From the NCBI GenBank assembly GCA_900554315.1, contig USGP01000002.1:10404-74403 (forward strand): a stretch of DNA of 64,000 bases, written 5' to 3'. The notes under the pieces were generated by a model. It saw only the letters and a program-made list of their open reading frames with translations. It made no database searches and was not told where the DNA came from. How positions within the stretch are numbered: the first letter of the stretch is position 1; each line of letters starts with the position of its first letter. Origin of the DNA: an uncultured Mycoplasmatota bacterium (lineage in GTDB: Bacteria > Bacillota_I > Bacilli_A > RF39 > UBA660). Below, piece after piece: positions 1 to 10,976 of this stretch. Both the position numbers and the translations under genes were made by a program.

Positions 1-1618
1 ACCAACATAGAAACTCTATTATCTGAAGAATCATGATTCGCTAACTTCATAGAAATATTATTAGACAAATCTATAGCATCCATTCTAGAAACTCGAAATA
101 CAAAATAATTAATTACATTGGCAAAAATAGAATTTTGTAATTCTTGACTAATTTGAGAAAAATATTGTTGAGCCAAAATTAAAGACAAACCATATTTTCT
201 AGCTTCGGATAAAAACTTTAATAAAATAGGATTTTCAATAACAGAAACTTCATCTACAACAAAAATAATGTGTTCATCAATCTTTCTATCTTGAATAAGA
301 GTCATCAGTTGCTGCATAATCAAACCAGAAATAGTTTTAACACAAGAATCACCCAAAACATTTCTATTTAAAGAAAATAAAGTCAAAAAGTTCTGTTGAA
401 TTGCATCTTGTAATGATAAAACATTTTGATCATCCTTTTGAAAAACAGGAATCAACTCCATCTCATCTAAAAAAGCAATAACAGGAGCGATAGCTTCATT
501 ATAATACTTATTCTTCATTTCATTATAATCAGTCAAAAAGAAATTTGAAATAGTATCTGGTAAATCACCAACAAGTAAATGTTGCCTATATTCTATATCA
601 AGTAATAGTTTTCTCAAATTTTTAAAACCAAATTGCTTACGATACAAAAGAAGCAAAAGACTATGCCTCAAAACCCTCTCTAACTTAGAATTAAATAAAT
701 CTCCCATATAAGAGCTAAGTAAAGATAGCAACAACTCTCCAGCAACTACCACATTACCAGAAGTATTTAAAAACAAATTAACACTATGTTCCAAAGACTC
801 AAAATCAACAACCAAACTATTAGAAATTCCACCAATATCATCCACTAAAGATGCATGAGGATCGATAACAACAACCTTATATTTTAATCTATAATCTAAA
901 TGACTAGACAAACGACTAATTAATAAACTAAGAAATTTTGATTTACCACTCCCACTAGAACCTACTACTAAAGAATGCTTATCAAAAGAATAACTAGATA
1001 AATTTAAAAAATAATCATTTGAAAAATATGGAAAAGTAGAAATAGAAAATAAGGCTTGGATAGAATCACTAGAAAATAAAGGTAATGCTTTTTGAAAATC
1101 TAAATATTTAGGAGGGCCCTGATAAGTATATTTTTTACTTTTAGAAAAATCAATACTAAGCAATTCATCAGCAAACGTTTTAAATAATTTTCTTTTAATA
1201 ATAATATGGTTGTCCAATAAATACAAATAAGCTCTACAAGAAAAGTCATTACCAACAACAAATTTAAATTTTAATTCCAAAAACTTCACATCTTGATGAA
1301 ATTTCATTTTTACCTTATCCATAATATCAAGAATAGAATCTGTAAATTGATTCATATATGGTAACCCACGTTCATAAGAAAAAGACCATTGAACATCTAC
1401 TTTACGAAACATAAAATCAGATTGTTCACCTAATACAGTAGGCAAAACAGAATCGGTAACAACAAAATAATGTATTTTATTTACATCACAAGTAACATAC
1501 ATAGTAAAACGAGAAAAAGTGCCTAAATAATTTGCTAATTTTAAAAACATAGTATGCCATGATTCCTTGGAAACAAAGTTAGATGTTAAATAAATTTCAT
1601 AGACATTGCTTCTTCTCA
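1..1618 (-). CDS. P-loop NTPase of the HerA/FtsK/VirD4-like (DUF87-type) class; partial, C-terminus lies beyond the left edge
   Basis: Absent from the ORF track because there is no stop inside the window. The reverse frame from ATG 1618-1616 stays open to base 1, with RBS AAAGGAG upstream. Translation MRRSNVYEIYLTS... shows Walker A GSSGSGKSKF, KVVVIDPHASL, Walker B IIFVVDEVS and ARKYGLSLILAQQYF in the order typical of HerA/DUF87 and coupling ATPases. Confidence 0.55.
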
Positions 1619-1649
1619 TAAACGACTCCTTTTGACACTAATTATAACA

Positions 1650-1674
1650 AAAAAAAGATACTATTTAAAGTATC
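1650..1674 (-). terminator. Intrinsic terminator after pflA, followed by an extended -10 (TGTTATAAT, plus-strand 1641-1649) for the ATPase gene
   Basis: Minus strand reads GATACT-TTAAAT-AGTATC followed by a T-run. The 5' arm overlaps the pflA stop. Confidence 0.45.
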
Positions 1675-2371
1675 TCTCCTTAAAATAATCATATAGTTGA
1701 TTACACTTTTCTTTATCCATATCTTGTTTATCTTCATATGGATAAGGAATTCCTAATTTAATATACTTTTCCCTACCAAGTCGATGAAATGGAAGAAAGT
1801 CAACTCTTTCAATATTATGAATATGCTGCAAATAATCAACTAAACTATCCATATATTCACAAGAGTCTGTTATACCAGGAACAACAACTTGACGTATCCA
1901 AATCTTCTTCTTCATCTTATTACATACATCGATAAAGTGTTCAACTTCCTTCATAGGTAATCCTGTAATATCACGATACCCCTCTGGATCTGTATGTTTT
2001 ACATCTAATAAAATCAAATCTACATAAGATAACAACTCTTCATAATCACCAAGTCCAACACCAGAAGTATCTAAAGCAACATGAACATGTTTTTCTTTTA
2101 AAAGTTTACATACTTCGATAATAAAATCTTTATGTAAAAGAGGTTCCCCTCCTGAGAAAGTAACTCCCCCGTTATTTCGAAAATAAGGTTCACATCGCAT
2201 AATACGTTTTACTAATTCCTCAGGAGTATAATTATCATCCCTCTTTTTCCACATTTCTGGATTATGACAATATTTGCAACGTAACATACATCCGTTAAAG
2301 AAAACTACACACCGAATACCAGGACCATCGACAAGACCAAAGGTTTCTAATGAATCTATGCTAGCCTTCAT
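1661..2371 (-). CDS. pflA: Pyruvate formate-lyase activating enzyme (radical SAM)
   Basis: Radical SAM CxxxCxxC motif (CMLRCKYCHN) and GGEPLL. It lies immediately downstream of pflB. Confidence 0.9.
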   Translation of the reverse strand: MKASIDSLETFGLVDGPGIRCVVFFNGCMLRCKYCHNPEMWKKRDDNYTPEELVKRIMRCEPYFRNNGGVTFSGGEPLLHKDFIIEVCKLLKEKHVHVALDTSGVGLGDYEELLSYVDLILLDVKHTDPEGYRDITGLPMKEVEHFIDVCNKMKKKIWIRQVVVPGITDSCEYMDSLVDYLQHIHNIERVDFLPFHRLGREKYIKLGIPYPYEDKQDMDKEKCNQLYDYFKERYFK

Positions 2372-2373
2372 AA

Positions 2374-4614
2374 TTACATTTTCTCATGGAATGTTCTAGC
2401 AATAACTTCCTCTTGTTGCTTTCTAGTTAATTTGTTAAATCTTACAGCATATCCTGATACACGAATAGTAAGTAGTGGATATTTATCTGGATGATCCATA
2501 GCATCAATTAATGTTTCACGATTTAATACATTAACATTCAAATGATGTGCTCCTTGAACAAAGTATCCATCCATCAAATTAACTAAGTTTTCTACTCTTT
2601 CTTCTGCAGTTTGACCTAAAGCGTTAGGAACAACAGAGAATGTATTAGAAATACCATCACGGCAACAATTTGCCCAATCTAATTTAGCAACAGAGTTTAA
2701 AGAAGCAATAGCACCACTTTGATCTCTTCCATGCATAGGGTTAGCACCTGGAGCAAAAGCAACACCTGCTTTTCTACCATCTGGAGTAGCACCAGTATTA
2801 GAACCATATACTACGTTAGAAGTAATTGTTAATACTGATAAAGTTGGATGAGCATTTCTATAACAAGGATGAGAACTTAATTCTTTGTAGAAAACATCCA
2901 AAATTTCTTTTCCAATCTCATCTACTCTATCGTCATCATTACCATATTTAGGGAAATCACCCTCGATTTCAAAATCAACAGTAATTCCATCTTCATCACG
3001 AATTGGTTTAACTTTTGCATATTTAATTGCAGAAAGTGAATCTACTGCTACAGAGAATCCTGCAACTCCATATGCCATCAAACGATTTACATAAGTATCA
3101 TGTAATGCCATTTGTCCAGCTTCATAAGCATACTTATCATGCATATAATGAATAATATTCATTGCATCAGAATAGATTCTAGCAACTTCATGCATCATCT
3201 TATAATATGCAGTCTTAACCTTATCATAGTCAAGCACTTCATCAGTCATCTTTTCAAATCCAGGAATAACAAGTTCACGTTTAACTTCATCAACACCACC
3301 GTTAATAGCATAAAGTAATGTCTTAGCCAAGTTACAACGAGCTCCAAAGAATTGCATATCTTTACCAACACGCATTGCAGATACACAACAAGCAATTGCG
3401 TAATCATCACCCATACTTGGACGCATAACATCATCATTTTCATATTGAATAGAATCAGTAGCAATACTAACTTTAGCACAATATTTCTTCCAAGCTCTTG
3501 GTAAATCTTGAGCCCATAAAATAGTCATATTTGGTTCAGGAGCACTTTCCAAATTTTCCAAAGTATGAACAATACGATAAGAAGTCTTATTAACCATTGA
3601 CTTTCCTTCTGTAGTAAGTCCTCCTAATGAACATGTTACCCAAGTTGGGTCTCCTGAGAATAATTCATCATATTCAGGAGTTCTCAAATGTCTAGCAGCT
3701 CTTAACTTAATAACAAATTGATCAATAATCTCTTGAGCTCCCTCTTCAGTTAAAGTACCATTCTTTAAGTCTCTTTCAAAATAAATATCAAAGAAAGCAT
3801 CTACTCTACCTAAAGACATAGCAGCACCATTATCTTCTTTAATAGCAGCTAAATATCCAAAATAAGTCCATTGAACAGCTTCTTTAGCATTCTTAGCAGG
3901 TACAGAAATATCAAAGCCATAGCTTTTAGCCATATCTTTAATTTCTTGTAATGCTTTATATTGCATTGAAATCTCTTCACGTAAACGGATAGTTTCATCA
4001 TCCATAACTGTAATTTTCATGTTATCCCAGTCACTCTTCTTTTGCTCCATCAAATAATCAATACCATAAAGAGCAATTCTACGATAATCACCAATAATTC
4101 TTCCACGACCATAAGCATCAGGAAGACCAGTTAATAATTTATTATGACGAGCTTTTCTAATTTCTTTTGTATAAGCATCAAAAACTCCATCATTATGTGT
4201 TTTTACTAAATTTGTTCCCTTAATAAATTTTTCAAGTTCAGGATTCATCTTGTAACCATAAGCTTCAAGCTCTTGATAAACCATCTTAATTCCACCTTTA
4301 GGAACAATACTTCTTTTTCCTAATTTATCAGTTTGAAGACCAACAATTACATCATCATCTTCACTAATATAGCCTGGAGCAAAAGCATTAATTCCAGCAG
4401 GGTGATCCACATCGATATCAATAACGTGTTTTTTTACTTCTTCTTGACACATGTCTTCATATACTTTTAAAACACGTCTAGTCTTATCAGTTGGCCCACT
4501 TAAAAATGATTCATCACCATCATAAGCTACATAGTTCTTTTTAATGAAATCACTTACATTAATTTCATTACACCATGCACCTTCTTTAAAATCTTTCCAT
4601 TGTTCTTGTTCCAT
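2374..4614 (-). CDS. pflB: Formate C-acetyltransferase (pyruvate formate-lyase)
   Basis: Length fits (746 aa from the chosen start; track ORF 753 aa); glycyl-radical motif RVSGYAVRF near the C-terminus and the active-site CC pair (IACCVSAM). I chose the start MEQEQWKDF at 4614 because GGAAGGTGA lies 7 nt upstream; the track start at 4635 is a GTG with no RBS. Confidence 0.93.
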   Translation of the reverse strand: MEQEQWKDFKEGAWCNEINVSDFIKKNYVAYDGDESFLSGPTDKTRRVLKVYEDMCQEEVKKHVIDIDVDHPAGINAFAPGYISEDDDVIVGLQTDKLGKRSIVPKGGIKMVYQELEAYGYKMNPELEKFIKGTNLVKTHNDGVFDAYTKEIRKARHNKLLTGLPDAYGRGRIIGDYRRIALYGIDYLMEQKKSDWDNMKITVMDDETIRLREEISMQYKALQEIKDMAKSYGFDISVPAKNAKEAVQWTYFGYLAAIKEDNGAAMSLGRVDAFFDIYFERDLKNGTLTEEGAQEIIDQFVIKLRAARHLRTPEYDELFSGDPTWVTCSLGGLTTEGKSMVNKTSYRIVHTLENLESAPEPNMTILWAQDLPRAWKKYCAKVSIATDSIQYENDDVMRPSMGDDYAIACCVSAMRVGKDMQFFGARCNLAKTLLYAINGGVDEVKRELVIPGFEKMTDEVLDYDKVKTAYYKMMHEVARIYSDAMNIIHYMHDKYAYEAGQMALHDTYVNRLMAYGVAGFSVAVDSLSAIKYAKVKPIRDEDGITVDFEIEGDFPKYGNDDDRVDEIGKEILDVFYKELSSHPCYRNAHPTLSVLTITSNVVYGSNTGATPDGRKAGVAFAPGANPMHGRDQSGAIASLNSVAKLDWANCCRDGISNTFSVVPNALGQTAEERVENLVNLMDGYFVQGAHHLNVNVLNRETLIDAMDHPDKYPLLTIRVSGYAVRFNKLTRKQQEEVIARTFHEKM

Positions 4615-4699
4615 TAATCTATCACCTTCCCACACATATTATACCATATTAGTATTTCATTCCAAAGAAAATAATATACATTTTTGCAAACTTTACAAC

Positions 4700-4728
4700 T
4701 AGATTTTTTTTTAAAAATATGCTATAAT
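4700..4728 (+). promoter_or_regulatory. Candidate ssrA promoter with extended -10 (TGCTATAAT)
   Basis: TATAAT at 4723-4728 is preceded by TG, with a weak -35 TAGATT 17 nt upstream. The box ends 10 nt before the GGGG 5' end of the tmRNA. Confidence 0.5.
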
Positions 4729-4738
4729 CTACGCATAC

Positions 4739-5118
4739 GGGGCTGTTCCGGTTTCGACGGGAATATTTGAGCACAGATGGCAAGTCGAACACCCACGTTA
4801 CGGGTACAAAAAAATAAACGCAAACAAAATTAAAAATGCAGTTGCTAACATGTTTGGCGGAAACCAAGCAGTAGCATTTGCCTAATAAGAATAAGGCCTG
4901 CGCTTTCTTTTATTTCTTACCTAGGAAATAACTGAAGGTTCAAATTTTATAGGTTATAGCTATTTTTCTCCCAAAAAATAGAAAGAAGTAAAGGGATAAT
5001 ATATTATCTTGGTCGTTAACTACTTGGATAATATATGAATATAATTAGTTAACTAAACTTGTAGAGGTTTGTGTAGCTTTATTTTCGGACAGGAGTTCGA
5101 ATCTCCTCAGCTCCACCA
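4739..5118 (+). ncRNA. ssrA: tmRNA (SsrA), 380 nt with encoded CCA
   Basis: 5' GGGGCTGTTCCGGTTTCGACGGG acceptor/D-like start and 3' GGACAGGAGTTCGAATCTCCTCAGCTCCACCA T-arm/acceptor. The internal tag frame 4820-4885 is GCA AAC AAA ... GCA TTT GCC TAA TAA, giving (A)NKIKNAVANMFGGNQAVAFA with a double stop. Confidence 0.92.
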
Positions 5119-5159
5119 TTGACGTTTCTGTTCGAACTTTTTCGGACATTGATATATAG

Positions 5160-5186
5160 AAATCAATCGAAAGATTGGTTTTTTTC
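5160..5186 (+). terminator. Intrinsic terminator of ssrA
   Basis: AATCAATC-GAAA-GATTGGTT hairpin followed by a T-run, about 40 nt after the CCA end. Confidence 0.65.
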
Positions 5187-5225
5187 TGTTTTAGGGAAGA
5201 AACAAAGTCAGAAAGGTTGGTGTCT

Positions 5226-5501
5226 ATGGTTAATATAATCAAACAAGAAATTGATATGGAAGAATCTTTAAAAAGAAGATTAGATATTATCTGTGATTTT
5301 TGTAATACTACTCCAAAGATTATCAATGGTAGTATTAGAAAAGTTGATAAAACAAATCTTACATATATTGAGCCACATAGAATTATTATTAAAAACATAA
5401 CATTTCTTGCATTTAATTATTCTACTGATATTTATATTAAAAATTTGAAAAACAAAATTAAACTATCAGAATTAGAAGATTTTATCAATAAAATCAAGTA
5501 A
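5226..5501 (+). CDS. Hypothetical small protein (91 aa)
   Basis: Open frame whose start I moved to ATG 5226 (MVNIIKQEI), because the track start at 5175 falls inside the ssrA terminator hairpin. No family recognised. Confidence 0.35.
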   Translation: MVNIIKQEIDMEESLKRRLDIICDFCNTTPKIINGSIRKVDKTNLTYIEPHRIIIKNITFLAFNYSTDIYIKNLKNKIKLSELEDFINKIK

Positions 5502-5595
5502 TACACCACTTCTCAAACAATGGACTTTTTACGACAAATGTTGCATAATTAATATAGGTGGTAACCTAGTTACCTAGAGTCTTACAATGTAGTTT

Positions 5596-5644
5596 AGAGA
5601 AGTGAAAGTATTATCTTAAGTAGTACCTTTACTTCTCTTTTTTT
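5596..5644 (+). terminator. Intrinsic terminator upstream of the recombinase/relaxase pseudogene
   Basis: AGAGAAGTGAAAG ... CTTTACTTCTCT stem with one bulge, followed by a T-run. Confidence 0.5.
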
Positions 5645-5669
5645 GAAATTAAAGAAAGGAAGATGATAA

Positions 5670-7123
<1,454 letters not shown>

Positions 7124-7138
7124 TGCTTTATATCATCT

Positions 7139-7678
7139 TTATTTATGTAGATGAGATGGTGCTTCTGTTAATTCTTGATTGCCATTTGCAGATAATTTAA
7201 TACTTTCAGGTTCTGTTAAGAAATACATTTTGCCAACTACTGTTTCTCTTATAGATTGTAACCATTTATCATCATCACCAATTATAGATCTACCATAAGC
7301 TGAAATTAGAATAGAGTTTATATCGCCAATCTCATTTATGTTTCTTTGTATAGTACTTGCATCATTATGAACAAATCCACAAGCATCCGAACAAGCTAAA
7401 AGTAACTCTAATGCTTGGAAATCTTCTAAACTTTGTAATTGATTCCAAACTTCACCATTCTTTAAAGTTGTTAGGGTAGATAAACTTATCATAGGATGTT
7501 CATCAATACCTAACTCTTGTAAAATAGTTGCTATTGTTTGTTTACTTTCTTCTAATTTTCTTTCATCAAAACCAATTCTCATACTTGTTAATATACCATT
7601 ACCAACTACATATGGATCATTTTGACTTTCTGCAAATAATTGCATAATACTATTTTTCATATCTTTAGTACTTAACAT
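7139..7678 (-). CDS. Hypothetical protein (179 aa)
   Basis: Start set at ATG 7678 (MLSTKDMKN), with GAGGGGG 6 nt upstream; the track start at 7696 is a TTG lying inside the RBS. A near-consensus promoter sits upstream. No family recognised. Confidence 0.55.
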   Translation of the reverse strand: MLSTKDMKNSIMQLFAESQNDPYVVGNGILTSMRIGFDERKLEESKQTIATILQELGIDEHPMISLSTLTTLKNGEVWNQLQSLEDFQALELLLACSDACGFVHNDASTIQRNINEIGDINSILISAYGRSIIGDDDKWLQSIRETVVGKMYFLTEPESIKLSANGNQELTEAPSHLHK

Positions 7679-7710
7679 ATAAATCCCCCTCTTCAATATG
7701 AATGAGGTTT

Positions 7711-7738
7711 ATTATATCATATTTTTCTGATTTGTCAA
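7711..7738 (-). promoter_or_regulatory. Near-consensus sigma-A promoter for the 179-aa ORF
   Basis: Minus strand reads TTGACA, a 16-nt spacer, then TATAAT (plus-strand 7733-7738 and 7711-7716). Confidence 0.6.
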
Positions 7739-7740
7739 AA

Positions 7741-7776
7741 TTTCCGTGCAGTTTTCCGTGCAGTTTTCCGTACAGT
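7741..7776. repeat. Three tandem 12-bp direct repeats (TTTCCGTGCAGT x2, TTTCCGTACAGT)
   Basis: Read directly from the sequence. A fourth, degenerate unit (TTTGCAAAATTT) follows. The array abuts the -35 box of the promoter above. Confidence 0.9.
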
Positions 7777-7910
7777 TTTGCAAAATTTGTGGTAGAATAT
7801 TTTTAAAGATTGATATTTTATATGTCAAATTCGTTGATTTTGTGAAAAGTTGTAGATTACTACGTCATTCGCACCATTAGAAAATTACGTTCAAAATTGA
7901 ACTCAACATA

Positions 7911-7939
7911 AAAAAGGCAATCATTTCGATTGCCTTTTT
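7911..7939. terminator. Bidirectional intrinsic terminator
   Basis: AAGGCAATC-ATTTC-GATTGCCTT hairpin flanked by an A-run and a T-run, 6 nt beyond the stop of the JAB-domain gene. Confidence 0.7.
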
Positions 7940-7944
7940 ATAAT

Positions 7945-8652
7945 TTATCTAGTAAAGCCACCATTATCAGCCTGTTTTAGGCCATAAGTATTAACAGGAC
8001 GTAAACTATTATCATTTTCTTTTACATAAACTTCAGTAAAACGATAAAAATTTTCTACTTTATTATCATAAAAAACAAAATTAATATCTCCACTACTAGT
8101 AACTAAACACCCCATTAAATCAACTTGATGATCACGAAAAACAGAATTTTCTTCATTCATCTCAACATAACTAGTAAAATCCCCTAAAGAAAAATTCTCG
8201 TGAACATCTCCAATAGGAGGATGCGAATGCCCATGACAAACAACTAATTTTGTATTCAAAGATTCCCTCATTCTTTCACCTAAATTATGGACCATATCAG
8301 AATTAAAAGTAGCCATAGTTGAATGTCTATCATCAGAAGATGTATAAGCTTCAGAAAATTCAACTACATTAGGTTGCGTCTCATAACCATACAAGAAAAA
8401 AGGGATTTCTTTTCTATCTTCATTAGTCACATCACAAACAGCATTTAAAAACTGATATACCTCGTTAGATAAAATAACTTGTCCAAACGGAACATCAGAT
8501 ATAATAGCTGAATTAATAGGAGCCATATCACCAAGTGTCCGATAATTATCAAAATTTTCTTGATGATAAGAACCATAAGGACTTTTCTGCACTAAAATAT
8601 TTTCTACCTTTTGCAAATATTGATCTCTTGTCATAATATCACCTACTTTCAT
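7945..8652 (-). CDS. Standalone JAB/MPN (JAMM) metalloprotease-domain protein
   Basis: Complete JAMM signature: upstream glutamate (KEIPFFLYGYE), then CHGHSHPPIGDVHENFSLGD (HxH ... S-x-x-D). The start is either 8652 or, more likely, ATG 8634 (MTRDQYL), which is preceded by AGGTGA. Confidence 0.6.
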   Translation of the reverse strand: MKVGDIMTRDQYLQKVENILVQKSPYGSYHQENFDNYRTLGDMAPINSAIISDVPFGQVILSNEVYQFLNAVCDVTNEDRKEIPFFLYGYETQPNVVEFSEAYTSSDDRHSTMATFNSDMVHNLGERMRESLNTKLVVCHGHSHPPIGDVHENFSLGDFTSYVEMNEENSVFRDHQVDLMGCLVTSSGDINFVFYDNKVENFYRFTEVYVKENDNSLRPVNTYGLKQADNGGFTR

Positions 8653-8677
8653 TATAACATAAAATCAATTTTACTTC

Positions 8678-8706
8678 TTGACAAATTTACAAAGGAAGAA
8701 TAAAAT
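8678..8706 (+). promoter_or_regulatory. Candidate tgt promoter
   Basis: TTGACA (8678-8683), a 17-nt spacer, then TAAAAT (8701-8706). Confidence 0.5.
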
Positions 8707-8744
8707 ACAACATGAAATATAATTCATGTTAAAAAGGAGGTAAA

Positions 8745-9965
8745 ATGCAAGAAAAAAAACAATTCTATTATGAAATCACAAAGAAAATACCAGGTAAATT
8801 AGGAAGAGCCGGAATAATACATACTCCACATGGAAATATAAAAACACCAACCTTTATTGCAGTCGGAACAAAAGGAAAAGTAAAATTTGTCTCAGGAGAA
8901 AATCTAAAAACAATAAATATACAAGCAATGTTAAGTAATGGATATCATTTAAGAAATCAATCAATAGAAATATTTAAAAAAGGAGGATTGTCAAAGTGGT
9001 CCAATTGGAATGGACCTACAATTACCGATTCTGGAGGATTTCAAGTAATGTCTTTAGGATCAGGACTAGGTAAAGTAGTAAGCATGGACAAAGTAGAAGA
9101 AAGAACAAATACAGATAAAAAAAACAGATTAGCTAAAGTTACAGAAGAAGGAGTAGAATTTTTTGATCCAATCATAAACAAAAAGGACTTTATTAGCCCA
9201 GAAAAATCTATGCAAATACAATGTCAAATAGGTGCAGACATACACATGGCATTCGATGAGCTTACTTCTTTAGCCGATGATTATGATTATAATGTAGAAG
9301 CACTAAAAAGAACAGAACGCTGGGCCGAAAGGAGCCTAGAAGAACATAAAAAACATTGTAATGATCTAGATTACTATCAAGCACTATATGGAGTATTACA
9401 AGGAGGAAGATGGGAAGATCTTAGACGAAGTACAGCAAAGAAATTGGCAAAAATGGATTTTGATGGTTATGGATTAGGAGGAGCTTTTCTAAAAGAAGAC
9501 TTAGGTGATATCTTAAAATGGTGTTGTGAAGAGCTACCAGAAGAAAAGCCCAGACACTTGTTAGGATTATCGCGACCAGATGATATCTTAATTGGTATAG
9601 AAAAGGGAGCAGACACTTTCGACTGTGTAGCTCCAACAAGAGAAGCAAGACATGGAAGAATATATACCAAATATGGATACATAAAACTAGCAAAGTACAA
9701 AGATAGTGATGAAACATTAGATAAAAACTGTGATTGCCCAACCTGTCAAAATAAATGGACGAGAAAAGCTCTATATAAATTAATGAAATCAGATAATAAA
9801 GAAGACAAAATAAAATATTTCAACTTAGCATCAATTCACAACCTAAGATTCATCGTAAGACTAACAGAAGAAGCAAGAGAAGCAATTTTAAATGACAACT
9901 TTGACAACTATAAAGAAACATTCTTAAAAAACTATTATCAACAAAACAAAAAAGAGAATTCTTAA
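8745..9965 (+). CDS. tgt: tRNA-guanine transglycosylase (queuine tRNA-ribosyltransferase)
   Basis: TDSGGFQV, MAFDEL, TFDCVAPTR and the zinc motif CDCPTCQ...H (IHNLRF) appear in canonical order. Compared with E. coli-type Tgt there is a ~30-aa insert after GGFQVMSLG. Confidence 0.8.
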   Translation: MQEKKQFYYEITKKIPGKLGRAGIIHTPHGNIKTPTFIAVGTKGKVKFVSGENLKTINIQAMLSNGYHLRNQSIEIFKKGGLSKWSNWNGPTITDSGGFQVMSLGSGLGKVVSMDKVEERTNTDKKNRLAKVTEEGVEFFDPIINKKDFISPEKSMQIQCQIGADIHMAFDELTSLADDYDYNVEALKRTERWAERSLEEHKKHCNDLDYYQALYGVLQGGRWEDLRRSTAKKLAKMDFDGYGLGGAFLKEDLGDILKWCCEELPEEKPRHLLGLSRPDDILIGIEKGADTFDCVAPTREARHGRIYTKYGYIKLAKYKDSDETLDKNCDCPTCQNKWTRKALYKLMKSDNKEDKIKYFNLASIHNLRFIVRLTEEAREAILNDNFDNYKETFLKNYYQQNKKENS

Positions 9966-9977
9966 ATTCTCTTTTTT
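9945..9977. terminator. Bidirectional terminator between convergent genes
   Basis: AGAGAATT-CTTA-AATTCTCT hairpin with flanking A- and T-runs; both stop codons overlap it. Confidence 0.6.
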
Positions 9978-10872
9978 AATGAATAGTAGCTCCCCATTCA
10001 ACAACTGAAAAACCATTACGTTCCCGATGAACTAATTTCTGTTCTTTTACTCTTATCTTTTTATTCAAAGGCTTAAAATCAACAAGAATCCTAATAACAG
10101 AATCTGGTTGTTCACTAAAATATAATGGCATATACTGATTAATTTCTTCCTCTGTTCTAAAATAAATATAATTATAAGGGTTATTTTCTAAACGATTTAT
10201 CCAATATACAATAAATTCATTAATTTCACGATCATTTAATCCCAAATAAGCCAACTTATCTTCTAAAAATGAAACAGTTTCTTCTCCTTTAACAACAAAT
10301 CCAGTAGCCATATCTAATTCAGTAAAATCTTTAGCTTCCCAATATAGCCCGTAATAATTTCTTTTCGTATTATAATCATAAATAGTAGAATCTTTTGATA
10401 CATGAATATTCCAAGAATTTTGATATTTAGGATACGTACTAGTTAACAAATCAGACTTTCCCAATTGAATAGTTAAATCCATATCATGTTCAGGATAAAC
10501 ATAAATCATTGGTTTATATGCAATACCACCACAATCTTCTTCTTGTTTTACATATCGATAATATACTTTCACATTATTATATCTACTGCTAGATACAGCA
10601 AAAGAGTCATCATAATCAACACTAGCACAACCACCACAATGCGTCTCAAGATCATAATAAATATTCAGTGTCTTACCAACAACCTTATAATTAGTATCAA
10701 CAACACTTTCTCTACAAGAATCTAATGCATAACTAACAACCACTCTATCATCATAAACCTCATAAGAACAATCGTCAAAAGAAGAATAAGCCTTTCCACC
10801 ACTAAAAGCTACAAAAGACAATACCAAACCAATCCCAAGTAAAACAAATCCCACATAAAATACTTTATTCAT
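9976..10872 (-). CDS. Membrane-anchored hypothetical protein with a Cys-containing N-terminal half
   Basis: N-terminal TM segment (VFYVGFVLLGIGLVLSFVAF) and RBS GGGAG. The C-terminal domain contains KPMIYVYPE ... YYGLYWEA. No named family recognised. Confidence 0.55.
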   Translation of the reverse strand: MNKVFYVGFVLLGIGLVLSFVAFSGGKAYSSFDDCSYEVYDDRVVVSYALDSCRESVVDTNYKVVGKTLNIYYDLETHCGGCASVDYDDSFAVSSSRYNNVKVYYRYVKQEEDCGGIAYKPMIYVYPEHDMDLTIQLGKSDLLTSTYPKYQNSWNIHVSKDSTIYDYNTKRNYYGLYWEAKDFTELDMATGFVVKGEETVSFLEDKLAYLGLNDREINEFIVYWINRLENNPYNYIYFRTEEEINQYMPLYFSEQPDSVIRILVDFKPLNKKIRVKEQKLVHRERNGFSVVEWGATIH

Positions 10873-10976
10873 ATAACAATACTCCCTACTATAATAAATA
10901 GTATACTATCTATTTCAAATTTGTAAAACAAAATATAAAATATGATATAATAAAAAAAATAGAAAGGAAGTAAAAT

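Noticed and set aside
3112-3479. Short ORFs on both strands inside pflB
   Set aside because: They overlap a strongly supported conserved CDS and have no start signals of their own.
5175-5225. N-terminal extension of the 108-aa ORF
   Set aside because: The first 17 codons fall inside the ssrA terminator hairpin and T-run. The internal ATG at 5226 is the more plausible start, if the ORF is real at all.
4649-5398. Track ORFs 4649-4867 (-) and 5045-5398 (-), 72 and 117 aa
   Set aside because: Both lie antisense over the tmRNA gene and its terminator, have no RBS and give low-complexity translations. The region is explained by ssrA.
7741-7788. The tandem repeats as a CRISPR array
   Set aside because: The 12-bp units are directly adjacent with no spacers, and no cas genes are present. 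This is a short tandem or iteron-like repeat.
8745-9965. The Tgt homologue as a DpdA-like DNA-modifying transglycosylase
   Set aside because: The protein keeps the canonical tRNA-Tgt motifs, including the CxCxxC...H zinc site, and no dpd or preQ0 genes are adjacent. The simplest call is housekeeping tgt. Only a profile comparison could settle it.
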